A stretch of 64,000 bases of DNA from Eledone cirrhosa (lineage: Eukaryota). Under the pieces are notes generated by a model. It did not search any database and was not told where the DNA came from. It worked only from the letters and a program-made list of their open reading frames with translations. Positions 37,801 to 53,300 of the stretch are shown one piece after another (positions within the stretch are counted from its first letter, which is position 1; each line of letters starts with the position of its first letter). The position numbers and the translations under genes were made by a program. The DNA lies in NCBI GenBank assembly GCA_964016885.1, contig OZ024743.1, positions 52,018,001 to 52,082,000 of the forward strand, read 5' to 3'.

Positions 37801-40800
37801 ATCTCAAGCATGTCCATATATATATTTTTGTGTAATTGGGGTGATGGGGATGGAATAAGAGTTAAAAATGCAAGGTTTCAATTGAATGAGTGTTAGAAAT
37901 TTCTAGAGTTTGTTCTAGCAAAAAAAAAAAAAAACAGTGAGGGTTGACAGAGAGAATAAACAGGAAATTAAGTGAAGTATGTAATATAGAGATGAGAAAT
38001 GACTTACTTGTAACAAACATGTGACATGTTCCTCTTCACTCTTCTGCCTCAGTAACGACTGTTCAGCATCCCAACTGGAGGTGGTGGAACCAGTACCAAA
38101 GCCAGTTCCTTTAGCCCAGTACTGTTGAGACTTCTCTTCAGCAGCTGTAGATGACACTGTCTGGGTGGTGGCAACTTGGATGGCAGCCAGCATAGTCTGT
38201 GGATCAGCAGAAAACAATGGCAGACTAGAATAGGGTTGTAAATACATCCACAAACATTTACACAATTAATAACCACCCTACTAATTCAAGCTATCAACAG
38301 ATACCAACACCACCCTGCCCAACTGTGGCCATGTCAGGTCAGAGGTTATTAACTTAATGGACTTTCCCTAACCCATTCATTACCATATTTCTAATGAAAG
38401 ACATTACCTATGGTTTTCAATTAATTTTGAAAATAATCAAGAATTTGGAGAGATTTAGTATTAAGATGTTTATAGCATAAATTAAAGGTTCTTACATTAA
38501 ATTGTGATGGAAGGTTTTTTGGACTAAAGAAACTATTCAAACCACTTTTATATTGTAAAAGTAGAGGGAGTTAGGTATTAAAAGGGTTAATCAAATATAT
38601 TTCAACATGGTCAAACAAACTGGTGGAGTGTGGAGTGTTTTACCTCGTGTTGTAATGCTGCTGAATTAACCCGTGGACCATGGTGACTGAGAACAGACAG
38701 ACAGGCTAGGATCAAATGTAAGGCACCAATATCCAACATCATTCTTCGTAGATAGACCCCGTCATCTGTGGTGAGTGGAGTCGTGTCAAACAAAGACTCA
38801 ATCACATTGAAAGGCAGTGTGGGTAGGGAATTGGCAATGGGGGACGTCAATATATGACCTAGAAATACAAAACAAACCATTAGAATACAATATTAACAAA
38901 TTGGAAAAGAAAAAGTTCATTTCTTGGCGCAAACTTTAACGCTTCAGATCCTATAATGAATTAGCAGAAAATATCTATAAATGGATTTTTTAATTTAAAT
39001 GTTTGTGGACTGATTGTTGTGAAAATCTGCAGTAAAGTAAAGACTTTAGTATTTAATGTAATGCAGTCAGAGTGCTGTTTTATACTTTTCAAGAATGTCT
39101 TGTTAATGTGGTTTCATAAGGTACAGAATGTTAAAAGTTAATTGGTTTTGGTCAAAATGTTTGAGCATCAGACAGTATTGCAGTATTTGGTCTAGTTCTT
39201 TACATTGTGAGTTCAAATCCTCCTGAGGTCAATGTAATCAACTTTCTCTAAATTTCTGATTGTGTATGTTACAGACAATTATTTAGTGATGTTAGATAGA
39301 TTTTGAAAATTTTATTTCCATTTTGATGGGGAACAGGGGAGTCTTGTTGTCCTCAGATGAGGAGGTGAGGGACCCTGAGGCCATCACTAACCCTTTAGCA
39401 TTCACATTACTCTATATATACTATTATATTTTCATGGTAAAGGCTTTACCTCACATAATATCGAATCTATGAGATTTTGAAAGTATTTATTTTGAGAACA
39501 ATACCTTAACATCAGTTTGAGCAACCAATTACAGCCAGTTTCAACAGAAAGAGGTAGAAAATTCTGGCTGGTTTTGGCCAGTGAACGTTAAAGGGCTAAC
39601 AGCATGGTGTCTGATAGCCAAAGAAAGAAGCCTGAAGCCAATAGTATCACCATCACCATCATTAGCAACTCCTAGAAGAAGCCATAATAATACTTACCCC
39701 CATCACCATCATCAGTAACTCCTAGAACAAGCCGTAGCAAACATTGCGCTTTTTTCCTCTCCAGGAGTAAAACATCAGCATAACCCGGTAGACGTAGGAA
39801 GAGACCAAATGCAATTAAAGAATGGGGTGGAATTGTAGAGAGACCCGAGTGTGCAGTACCACCAGACTGGGAGGTCAATGGAGGAGCAGCAGGAACTGGT
39901 TCATAGAATGTCTGTGGGACATAAAAAGTTAGAGAAATGATAGAGATGTAAGAAACAAAAGTATCATCATTATGTAAAAAGAAGAACCAGGTGGTATACT
40001 CGCCTCATTTAAATCTGAAGAGTCAACAGACACCCATTGGTCTTGGTAGACATCAGAAACAGCAGTACTTTCCATGGTGTCTGGTAGAACTGGTTGGCGA
40101 GACACTTCGGAATATAGCACAGGCAGATGTTCAGCTAACAGGGCCAAACCACCGACACTAGCAAACACCTGAAGGGCCGACGGAAAGCTGTCGGCTTTAA
40201 GTAGTAAGTCATCAGGGTTGTTAGCCTCTGGCCAGTCTGGAAATAGAAATAGAAAATACTCAGGGACATGATTGGTTAATGGTGGAATATGTTTAGTGGC
40301 GACATCTGTTATCCAATGTTGTTACCTATGAAGGTCTAGATGAACTTTTACAAGGTTGCATCTTACAGGAAGATGTTTTAATGATAAGGGGCTACAATCC
40401 TATCATGTTGCTGCTACACACCACACCTAGGTAAGTTTATATGGCCTCCTATGAGATCTCATTGGAGGTTTCTTAGGTGTTTTAATGAAGAAGAGAGAAG
40501 GGGCATTACTCGTATTTTAATTGAGTCAACTGGAGCAATGTGAAATGTCTTACACAAGAACACAATGCATTGCCTAGTCCAACAAGCAAATCCACCTTAT
40601 GAATGCGACTCCAATGCCCTAACCAATAAGCCACATACCATTACTTATCTAATAATATACATGTTAAAGTTGATTATCATCATTTTATGTCAGCTTTACC
40701 ATGCTGGCATGGGTTGGACAAGACTTTATGGCAGTTTTTCACATGCACATACACACAAATATATATACATACCTAGATCCCTGTATGTTTTTTTGTCACC

Positions 40801-41235
40801 AGGCTTGGAGTGGAATCGAAGTAGGAACTCCAAAACTGCCTGTCCTTGAGGGTATCCTTTCTCTTGTAGAATCACAAGAAGTTGGCTCAGGGTCAGTTCT
40901 GCTGGTAGGGGTTGACCTGAGAAATAAAGTTAAAGACTTTCAATACAATATATACATACAGTGCCAATTAATATATATCATCAGTTATGTTGGTATCACA
41001 AAAGCACCCAGCCCACACTGTAAAGTGGTCATATAGGAGTCATGACAAAAATCACCCAGCACACACTAAATGTGGTTGGTGTTAGGAAGGGCACCCAGCT
41101 GTAGAAACCTAGCCAGAAACAGTCCAATATGAGCAAGACATGGTCACCTGACACAACTTGCCTCTAATGGGACAACCCAGTCTAACTCCTGTTAGCATGG
41201 AAAATGGACGTTAAATGATGATGATGGTATGTGTG

Positions 41236-41268
<33 letters not shown>

Positions 41269-41971
41269 GTGTCATGACAAAAAACACCCATCCCACACTG
41301 TAAAGTAGTCATGTAGGAGTCATAACAAAAATTGCCCAGTCCACACTATAAATGTGATTGGCATTAGGAAGGTCATCCAGCTATAGAAATCAAGCCAAAA
41401 TCAGTTCTGTATGAGCCAAACTTGGTCCTCCAACCTGGCTGTCTCAATGGGACAAGTCATCTAACCCATGCTAGCGTGGAAAATGAACGGATAACGAATA
41501 TGATGATGATGATGATCATCATCATCATCATTTTACGTCCGCTTTTTCCTGTTTGCAAGGGTGGGATGGGACCTATTCAGCACAGCATCTCTCCACTTGT
41601 CACAGTCCTTTGTCATCTCCTCTGTGAGCTTCAGCGATCTGAGGTCTGTTCTCACCACCTCCGCCATGTTTTTCGTGGTCTACCTCTACTGCGTCTTCCT
41701 TCAACTGGCATTTCTTGGCACTTCTTCACCCATCGGTCATCCTCCATGCGCATCACATGTCTCCTCTCTTGCACACTACAATCTATCCCTCTCAGACACA
41801 GTTTCTCTCTCAACACATCCATGCTTGGTCGTTCACACACATTGACATTGCACATCCAACGGAGCATGCTTGCCTCATTTCTCTCAGGCCGTCGCATATC
41901 CTTTGCAGTTGCTGCCCATGTCTCACTACCATGCAGCATCGCGCATCTCACACAGGCATCATATAACGAGC

Positions 41972-42037
<66 letters not shown>

Positions 42038-43153
42038 TATACACAAAAACCATCCAGACACTTTCCATCTACCAAAAGGCATTTGTCAGCCGAAGGCTAT
42101 AACGAAAGGTACCTGCTCAAGGTGCCAGGCAGTGGGATTGAATCAGAATGCAGATCACACATCTTGATCAGAAGGGATGGCGCTAATAAAAAATATGACC
42201 ATCATTATCTACAGAAACAACGCTCCCACAATCAGAGACCATCATTAGCATCTCAAGCACCATCACTACTAGTACCAGAAACACTACAGCATAACCACAA
42301 ACACCGTTATCATCGTCACAAACCACAAGACTAGCACCACCACCAGAAACAGTAGGACTAACAATAACAAATATGATATTTACCCGGTAGTAGGTTGTGA
42401 TAAAGTGACAAGACTGGGAACTGTAAGTTGACAGCCACCATGTCTGTATTCTGATTGCCTCGGGCCCTTGGGGGTAATCTAGGTGGGCCTCCTGTTTTAT
42501 TATGGTTGGAATTCTTCTCTCTACGTTCCTTCGCTAATAACCCTGTACATGAGCAATACAAAACATATTACATTATACATATATCAATAGTACATTTTAA
42601 CACTACAAATAGGGAATACATAATACAATACATGGTTATATATATCTATCAATGGGTTCACAGTACATAATACACAATATATAAATACTTGAGTGATAGA
42701 TAAGTGAGGTGTAATAAACCCAATTCTTAGATAACGATGGGTGTGTTCATACTACAACTGCACCATATGTAACTGACTTTAATAATTATATTCAAACTCA
42801 CCCTACAGACTACAAGATATACCAAGATATACTACAATATGTCTCCTGGAACATGTACTGCAGATTCTTCAACCACCTGGAAGATTGGCAACACTCTTAC
42901 CCAGTCGAGCGCTCTCCTATCCAAGTTTACTCATACTATAATCACCAAACCACTGATAATGACCTTCTGTAAAATAGATTACTCCTCCCAGGTTTATTTT
43001 TATTGGCACAGGTTGAACTAGTTGGTTCTCAGGGGTAGTGAAACACCGTACCTGGTATGGCGCCATTGTAGTACTAGCCTTAATAATTATATTCAAACTC
43101 GCCCTATGGACTTGAACTGCTCTATACCTTGGATATTTTTACTTACCTATTAC

Positions 43154-43204
<51 letters not shown>

Positions 43205-46200
43205 TACACAATCTGTCTACACTACAAAATACAGTTCAAATATATAACAATGAGTTCACTGTACTCAAAATATTTCACTTCATTTAATATGATGAAAGAA
43301 CCCATGCTAGCGTGGAAAGTGGACGTTAAACGAGGATGATGATGATGATGATGATGATGATTAAGACTAAGTAGTATAGTGTACTACTTTTGGTTACTGG
43401 TATATTGTACTATTTAGTTGAGTTGTACCATAGATAACCATGGCTAAAGCATAACAACAACCACTTACCTGCAGCATTTGATAGGAAGTCAACAACTTCA
43501 ATACCAAGTTCAGTCATATCTTTCTTATTATCATCAATATTTTTCTTCTCAACGGTACCGTCCCAGAACTGTGCCATATGTCCAGTATGGTCTGTTGAAA
43601 TATCAAAGATGTTTCATCAGGAAATTCAATTATAATTTTTTTACTTTTTACACTGGTACCTAACATCAAAACGAGCATGCTCCGCTGGATGTGTAACATT
43701 AGTGGGTATGAATGTTGAAGTACAGATGAGTGGAAAGAAAAATTGGACATAAGAGGAATCAGATATTTGCAAGAGAGAATATACCATCATTATCAATATG
43801 CTATGTATATATGGATGATTGTTGGGTGAAAAACTCACCAGACCACCTCCATCCATTTCCATATTGGTTTGAAATAGAATGCAAATGAGTTCAAAAGTTG
43901 CTCTTGATTCTCTGATACAAATCTGCTTATTTTAAAGAGTTATATTTTATCTAAAAACCTTCCATCATAATTTTATGTAAGAACCTTTATGTTCCAAAAC
44001 CCAACTTCATAATGAGAAAGTTATATTACTAAATCTCTTCAAAAGCCTTCATTATTTTCAAAATTATTTAAAACTTATAGGCAGTGTCTTACATTAGAAA
44101 TAATAAAAGGGTTAAATACCTGATATCTTGTTAATTAGTTCTTCACAGTTAGTTTGTAATCCAACAGTGACTGTGTGGAAATGGCGGCCAGCACCAAAAC
44201 AGGGATGTTGCAGCTGACTGAAGCATCCTTGTACTTGCAGACGACTGTTGTGAGGGGAAGAGCGGAAGGAAACCAAAATTTTGGGCTCTTCTAATAAAAC
44301 TTGTAGGAACATTCGTCTTGTGAACCCTGAAAGAAGTGGTCCTGATGAAATAGGGCCTTGAAAAGAAAAAAGAAAATATATCACAATTATCTCAGCTTTA
44401 TAATAGATAAATTATAAAAAAATTAATGATGTAAAATAGTTTACACAACCTTCAGTTCCACAAATTTGAGGGAGAAAAGGGGGAAAGGGTCAGTGGTTTT
44501 GGCAGTCATTCTCATCATCATCATATCATCATGCTTGGAATTTCTTCTCAATTTTGCTGAGAAGTCATTACTAAATGTGTGCTCCTGTTAACAGCTCGAC
44601 TTACCTGCATCAAACCATCCCTGGTTCTATAATACAAAATTGTTTGTTTTTAAAGTGTTTATTCTTAGATTTAAACCTTTCATCAAAATTTTATGAGAAC
44701 TTTTATGTTCCAAACACCAGCTTCATAATGGGAAAGTTGGTTATATCACTAAATCACAACTTCTTATGTTCAAAATTAATAGGAAAATTATAGACTGTGT
44801 CTTAATATAAATATGGTCTTATTAAAGACATTACAACCTCTTAATGTTGGTGGCACTATAAAACGTACCCTAAAGTGGTTGCATTCAGCCATAGAAACCA
44901 TGCCAAAATATGAACATATGAGCAAGATGTAATATCTGAACACCCTTGTCTTGGTCAGCGACAACTCATCCATCCCATGTTAGCATGAGAACTGAACATT
45001 AAATGATGGTAACAAAAGGGTTAAACTGCTCTGCAATGATCTAGAGAACTCTAATAAACAAGAGTGCTGTGAGAAAAGCCAACTGTGGACTAGGAAAGCA
45101 AGGAAGATATTAAAAAAGAAACACCATACCAGATCCTTGTTCTTTAATAACTTCACAGAGGACATGGGCAAATAAATGTTGGTTCTGGGAATGGCAAGAT
45201 ATTACTTGGTTGAAGAATGTAATCACCACAGTTTCTATGGCGGCACGCTCTTCAGCAGTCATCATCTGCAAATGGAGAAAAGAGTTACTATTGACTAACA
45301 TTTGACAATACATGGTCCTAACAAAACAATTACAATACAAAGTATTTACATTACATTTACATTAGATTTACATGGCCCTACCAAAAAACCAGTGATATTA
45401 CATGCCCCTACCAAAACACTGAGAATACACAGTCCTACCACAACACTGATATTTATATTACATGGCCCTATCAAAACTGAGAATACATGGTCTTACCATA
45501 ATGATATTTACACTTCATGGCCCTACCAAAATATTTACAATACATGGCTCTATGAAGTCCAATCTCACTGAATGGCATCTTGAACAAATGTTTTTACTAT
45601 AGCCTTAGGTCAACATAGGCCTTGCGAGTGAAAATGTGTAGATGAAAACTGCAGTCAAACAACAGATCACCTTATCTTAGTCAAAGGTAGAGAATATAAA
45701 GACCAAACCAAGAGATTTTACAACACCTGAGTTACTGGGTCTAGTATTACAGTATTTGAAACATGGCCTTATTAACACGTGTTCAATCACAGAGTTAATA
45801 CAGTTGCTATGGTTACTCAATCACTGACAAAGGCTACCACTTACCTTGTGTTTGTAATTAGTGGAAGATGTTTGTGGAGTAGCAGTGGTTGTCCGAGGTG
45901 CCTGGACTGGAATAGTACAGAGTAAGGTCAATAGGACAGGCCAGAAGATACTACCTTCAGAACTACCCATCCAATCTTTGATCATTGGCTCCCGAGTAAT
46001 CTCAGCAAAGAAGCCCAGTATTGCCGCTACAAGGTCAGCAGTCACAGTCAGACCTTCCCCTATTAGAAAGGGAACACAAAACAATAACAGTTCAGCTTCA
46101 ATTTATTACAGGGCATTCATATTACTTCACACACACACAAGTGGCATCCACACTACACACACAAGTGGCATCCACACTACACACACACAAGCGGCATCCA

Positions 46201-49200
46201 CACTACACTACACACACAAGTGGCATCCATACCACACACACACACAAGTGGCATCCATACCACACACACACAAGTGGCATCCACACTACACACACAAGCG
46301 GCATCCACACTACACACGCAAGCGGCATCCACACCACACACACAAGCGGCATCCACACCGCACACACAAGCGGCATCCACACACACACACACACACACAC
46401 AAATGGCATCCACACTACATAGCATTCATATTCCTGCTCACTCACACACATGTAACTGTTTATGTGAGAAATACTGGATAAAATGCACCCAGTATACTCT
46501 GTAAAGTGATAGTACTGGTTAAGACAAACAATATTACAAAATAAGCCATAGATATTTGCATAAACCTTGTTTATAAAAAAATGCAAACATAGAAAAAAGA
46601 TTTAGTGAGCAACTTACCTGAATTATGAGAGGTGTTAGGAAGGCCTTCATCACCTACAGACCCATTCTCCCCAATCAGAGATTTACTGGCATCAGTCAGA
46701 GATTCTGGGTTGGTTAAACTTTCGGCAAAGCATGCAATCTCATGGTTGCAGAACTCAAACAAACCCTGTGCAAGGATCGCTGGGAATTTGCTATCAAGAA
46801 GCTGCTGTACTGCCCCCGGAGATTGGCATGTAATGGCTAAGGTGGAGAGATGAGAACGGTCAAGCATCATGTTACTGAAGTCATGTAAAGTGATCAAATC
46901 ATTGCCAATGTGTCGGGCTGCAGCGGCAGATTGTTGGTTGGTTTGAGCCTCTTTAGAGTCATCGGTCATTGAGACGTGTTGTTGTTGCTGTGAGCTGTCC
47001 TTGCAATCATCACTGATAGAGGCTGTCATGCTATTACTGGGGTTCAGCAGAATTCCCATCCACTCCAGGATCAGAGTGAAGAAGGTTGGGTAGATGTAGC
47101 AGACAGAACACAGAACATTATCAACAGCTCGTTTCAAAGATGAGTCAAACGATAACACAGTACTCCATTCATAAATAGCTCTGAAATGGCAAGATGTTAA
47201 ATAATAATACGGTACTCTATTATTAAAAGAGAATAAATTACTCCATGGTTAAAAGAGTAAAATACTTTATTATTAAAAGGAAGTGCAGTACCCCATTGTT
47301 AAAGTGGAGTACAGCACTCCATTATTAAAGGAGAGTACAGCACTCCATTGTTAAAGGAGAGTACAGCACTCCATTGTTAAAGGAGAGTACAGCACTCCAT
47401 TGTTAAAGGAGAGTACAGCACTCCATTGTTAAAGGAGAGTACAGCACTCCATTGTTAAAGGAGAGTACAGCACTCCATTGTTAAAGGAGAGTACAGCACT
47501 CCATTGTTAAAGGAGAGTACAGCACTCCATTGTTAAAGGAGAGTACATCACTCCATTGTTAAAGGAGAGTACGGTACTCCATTGTTAAAGGAGAGTACGG
47601 TACTCCATTGTTAAAGGAGAGTACGGTACTCCATTGTTAAAGGAGAGTGTGGTACTCCATTGTTAAAGGAGAGTGTGGTACTCCATTGTTAAAGGAGAGT
47701 GTGGTACTCCATTGTTAAAGGAGAGTACGGTACTCCATTGTTGAAGAATACGATAGTCCATTAAGGGAGAGTACGGTATTCCATTATTAAAGGAGAGTAC
47801 AGTACTCCATTGTTAAAGGATGGAACAGTACTCCATTGTTAAAGGATGGTACAGTACTCCATTGTTAAAGGATGGTACAGTACTCCATTGTTAAAGAAGA
47901 GTACAGTACTCCATTGTTAAAGGAAAGTACAGTAGCCCATTGTTAAAGGAGTACAGTAGTCCATTGTTAAAGGGAGAGTACAGTACTCCATTGTTAAAAG
48001 AGAGTACAGTAGTCCATTGTTAAAGGAGAGTACAGTAGTCCATTGTTAAAGGAGAGTACAGTAGTCCATTGTTAAAGGAGAGTACAGTAGTCCATTGTTA
48101 AAGGAGAGTACAGTAGTCCATTGTTAAAGGAGAGTGCAGTAGTCCATTGTTAAAGGAGAGTGCAGTAGTCCATTGTTAAAGGAGAGTGCAGTAGTCCATT
48201 GTTAAAGGAGAGTGCAGTACTCCATTGTTAAAGGAGAGTACAGTAGTCCATTGTTAAAGGAGAGTGCAGTAGTCCATTGTTAAAGGAGAGTGCAGTAGTC
48301 CATTGTTAAAGGAGAGTGCAGTAGTCCATTGTTAAAGGAGAGTACAGTAGTCCATTGTTAAAGGAGAGTGCAGTACTCCATTGTTAAAGGAGAGTACAGT
48401 AGTCCATTGTTAAAAGAGTACAGTAGTCCATTGTTAAAAGAGTACAGTAGTCCATTGTTAAAGGAGAGTGCAGTAGTCCATTGTTAAAGGAGAGTGCAGT
48501 AGTCCATTGTTAAAGGAGAGTGCAGTAGTCCATTGTTAAAAGAGTACAGTAGTCCATTGTTAAAGGAGAGTACAATAGTCCATTGTTAAAGGAGAGTACA
48601 ATAGTCCATTGTTAAAGGAGAGTACAATAGTTCATTGTTAAAGGAGAGTACAGTAGTCCATTGTTAAAGGAGAGTACAGTAGTCCATTGTTAAAGGAGAG
48701 TGCAGTAGTCCATTGTTAAAGGAGAGTACAGTAGTCCATTGTTAAAGGAGAGTACAGTAGTCCATTGTTAAAGGAGAGTACAGTAGTCCATTGTTAAAGG
48801 AGAGTACAGTAGTCCATTGTTAAAGGAGACTACAATAGTTTGTTGCTAAAGTGGTACAGTACTCCATTATTAAATAAAAGAGTATAAATGATTATGAAAA
48901 GGTTAAGGCCATTTTCCTTGCTAAAGCAAGAGTGAGTCCTGTGGGTACCCATGATGGGGTTCATGCACATCATGAGGTCTTTTTTGAAGGAATATCTTAT
49001 GGCTGGATGCTCTTCCTAACACCAAACCCTTTGGTCACTTTTTACAAGCATGGACATAGTGTACCTATTCTAAACAAGATATCCACAGACACACACTGAA
49101 CCTATTCTAAACCAGATACACACAGGGATACAGTGTACCTAATTTAAATAGGATATACACAGCACAATAAACGAAAATTTACAAATTAATTAACACCAAT

Positions 49201-50317
49201 TGCTTCAATATTTTAAATATATTCCCCGTGGCCTGCTGAGGTTAAGGGTTCAATTCCAAGAATAAAGAGTCATGACTTAGAATAAGACACTTCATTTCAC
49301 AAAATAAAATAGAGAGAAACAAAGAGAGAAAGTTGAAACTTACCTGAAGAGCTTTGGTGTGATGATGGTGCGTAATTCATTGAGTACAGGTAGGCTGTGA
49401 CTATACCAGAGTATGGCTGCTATACAATGAACATGGGGAGCAGCTGGGTGAGGTAAGTTGAAGTAGGGGGCCTCATGAGGTGCTGGGCCATAACCATTAT
49501 TTAATGACAACATTTCTGATTTCTGTAAAGCTACTTCAGCACTGTCTCCCAGCCACTCGATCAGGGCCTTCAATCTACAATAAGAACAGATAGTCATAAT
49601 AATTTCTAACAACTTACCAATATAAAACCTAAGTTGTTTACTGATGTTTTGTCTTTTTATACCTCTACACACAAGTAATACACAATTTTTATTTATCTTC
49701 TCTCCTTGTAATTTACAGATTGTAAATATTAATGATCTGAATAATATGCTAAGCTGATGTAAATATATCATCTTAAAATAATATAGCTTGTACCAGGCTT
49801 GAATCCAGCTGGTAACCTTACATATTGTAGGATAATATGTTATCAAATAATTTTATTTTTCACTTAGTAGATCTGGAGGAAAAGGCACCAATGGAGTTTT
49901 GACCTACCTGGCCGGTGTACCAGTGTCCTGTAGAGTTCCCAGCTGATACAGAATCTCAATTGTGGAATCATTTGCTACTCCACTCACCTTCCCCATGAAG
50001 GACACAGTATCATCTAGCAGCAACAGAAATACAAATAAAAACAATACAGTTTAAAATGTATATAAAATATATGACATGGTAAATTTGAACATGTGAACCA
50101 ATACACCAGTGAACTCCAAGGGACTGGTACCCACACGCCTTAGAAGTCACTAAAAGGCAGGAGTGACAGAAGTGTTGAAAGATAGGAGGTGAGGGAAGTA
50201 AAAAGAGGGGGGGGGTGAGGGTGATCTGAAAATGTTTGGAGAACACTGGAATACAGTTAAAAAAACATTAAATGACCCGTTTTATGGAAGGAATAAGTAG
50301 ATTTTTTCCACTAATTA

Positions 50318-50385
<68 letters not shown>

Positions 50386-53300
50386 AGAGAGAGAGAGAGA
50401 AAAAGAGAAAGAGAGAGAGAGAGAAAAAGAGAAAGAGAGAGAGAGAGAGAGACAACATCTTGGACAGAATACATTTTCGAACATTTGAGCCCCTGTTATA
50501 TGTCTTACATCTGTGTTCTGTGCATTCTAAAGGAACATTCTAGAATGTTTTAGTGAGATTGTAACATTTTTGATGAACAAAAGGGCTATACAGTTATTAT
50601 AATCTAGATTGCAAAGCATGAAAAATTGTATGAACTGACCAGGCTGTCCGAGGAATGAGGGCTTCCTCAATAAACTGTAGATGAGAGTGAGCCCCATATC
50701 TGTTGAATGTAGACCCAGTTTAAGGAGCACAGTTTCAAGATAGTGTGAATGGGTGCTGGCTTGAGGGGAGACCAAGAGGGCCGTACAAGTGGTCAGTAGA
50801 TGTGGAATGGCTGCTGCTGCAGATGCAATACTTTCTTCAATGGTCAAACAATGCTGCAACAGTTGGACCCAGCCAAGGCTGTGAATTGGAAAAATAAATC
50901 TATGTTACATTATTAGAAATATTGATTACACCATAATATTGGAGAGAATTTACAGAAATTTAGCAGAAAAAGGGAAGATTAGCTAAAGGACCAAGTAGGA
51001 ATTGAACCTACATCGTGGCTAAATAATATAAAACTTATGATCCTTTAACCCTTTAGCATTTGCACTATTCTCTATATACTATTGTATTTTCACAGTTAAG
51101 ACTTTATCTTACATAGTTACCTCACATAATATCAAATTTATGAGATTTTGATATTTATTTTGAGAACAATACTTTAACATTGGTATGAGTGGCCGGTTAT
51201 GGCCGATTTGAACAGAAGAGGTGAGAGAATTCTGGCCAGATACAGTCAGTTTGAATGCTAAAGTGTTAACTCTTGTTACTCTAATTTCTAATGTCAGAAG
51301 TCAGCAGAAATTTTCAGATAATTCTGAAAATTATCAAGGATTGGGAAAGATAAGTAAATTTTTTATTATTATGTTGGTGTTTGGAACAAAGGTTCTGACA
51401 TAAAATTATGAAGGTTGATAATTATAAACATTTTAAAATACAATGATTAGTATTATAGAAGTAGGGGCAGTTTCAGGTAGTTTGGTGTGAAAAAAAGATT
51501 AGCCTTTTTCATAGTAACTCATCCAAAACTGCTTCTGATTCTATAAAACAAAACCACCTATTTTTTTTAAAGGGTTCTTATTCAAATTAAAAATTTTCCA
51601 AAATTACTTGATATAAGAATCTTTTATGTTAAAATACCAACTTAATAGAATAATTGTTTCTACTTTTGGCACAAAGTCAACAATTTGAAAGGGGGAGTCG
51701 ATTAAATTAATCCCAGCACATTGTAATTGAAAAAAAAAAACAAGAGAAATATGATAACTGACCTGGTTTTTGAGACAACATCATCAGTTGGAGCTAAAAT
51801 ACTGGCTTGTTTCTGGTTGGTTTCACTAAATGCACTGTGACCCATCAATAGGATTTGTGACAGCCCAATTGTCATAGAATCCCGAGCCCTATGCAGGCGG
51901 ATGGTTACCATAGTGACAACCTCAGGCCGTATCAACTGGAGACGGATGAAGCCAAGACTACAGGTCATCAACGGAGCACTCATTGGTGTCACCGTAATCC
52001 CATCATGGCTGACTTCCAGGGAAACATAGGAGGGACAGGCTAGTGAGGAGAAGGAATAACATCAGAACAACATCACTACTACAATAGATCAACATCCACC
52101 AGCATCAAAACAAACATTCTATCATTATCATGAGAACATCAAAACAAACATTCTATCATTATCATGAGAACAACATCACTACTACAATACATCAAAACAA
52201 ACATTCTATCATTATCATGAGAACAACATCACTACTACAATACATCAAAACAAACATTCTATCATTATCATGAGAACAACATCACTACTACAATACATCA
52301 AAACAAACATTCTATCATTATCATGAGAACAACATCACTACTACAATACATCAAAACAAACATTCTATCATTATCATGAGAACAACATCACTACTACAAT
52401 ACATCAAAACAAACATTCTATCATTATCATGAGAACAACATCACTACTACAATACATCAAAACAAACATTCTATCATTATCATGAGAACAACATATATCA
52501 GTACCACCACCACCTCAATCAACATCATCACCAGGAATATAACACAAACATATTATACCACAACTATCAATAAAATCAGAGAGAGAGAGAATCCCAGTAG
52601 TGGATTAGTTCTTTATTCACAGTGAAATGATGAAAGGTAAAGTTAGCGTTAGCAGGATTTTAAGTGAGTGTAGAGAGATGAATATGACAAAGCATTCTAA
52701 GTACTACCCCAACAACAGCCAATGAAAAGACAAGACTAAAAAAAAACTACTTACTGGACAAAGAGGTATTGTGAGGTGAGATTTGAACCTCTTTCAACAG
52801 AATGGCAAATGGTAACTGGATTGTTAAATCAACCCAAGTTTCATCTGGATAGAAGTGATAGGACCATGCTGCTGACCTGGCCCTCCTGTGGGGTGGTGAG
52901 GCTTGGATCAGGACTTCAGCAGGGGTTGCTGTCGGACTACTAGAAGATATTGAGCCTATAAAAACAAGAGGACAGTCAATTTCAATTTGATTAGTTCTGG
53001 TATAAAACAGAATAATTAACGCTTTCATTACTATATTTCTAAAGGAAGACACTGCTGACGATTTTCAAGTCATTTTGAAATTAAGAATTTGGAGGGACTT
53101 AGAGTAATATAGTTAACTTTCTTGTTATTAAGTTGATGTTTGAAACATAATAAACTTGCTTATGTAAAATTATGATTAAAGGTTTTTAGATAAATAAAAT
53201 AAACAGTTTGTATCTAAGGGCATTTTCAGATTATTTGATTCTAATGGGGTTAAGCTGATGTTAAGGATCTCTGTGGCAATATACCACCTATCAGCAGGTC

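Noticed and set aside
43514-43750. ORF suggesting a BIRC6 exon starting at 43659
   Set aside because: It hits a stop at 43514. The phase-consistent exon is 43469-43591 in another frame.
46128-52495. Exon-derived origin for the 46128-46420 and 52069-52495 arrays
   Set aside because: They lie next to acceptors, but I see no similarity between their units and the adjacent exon heads. They are counted only for position.
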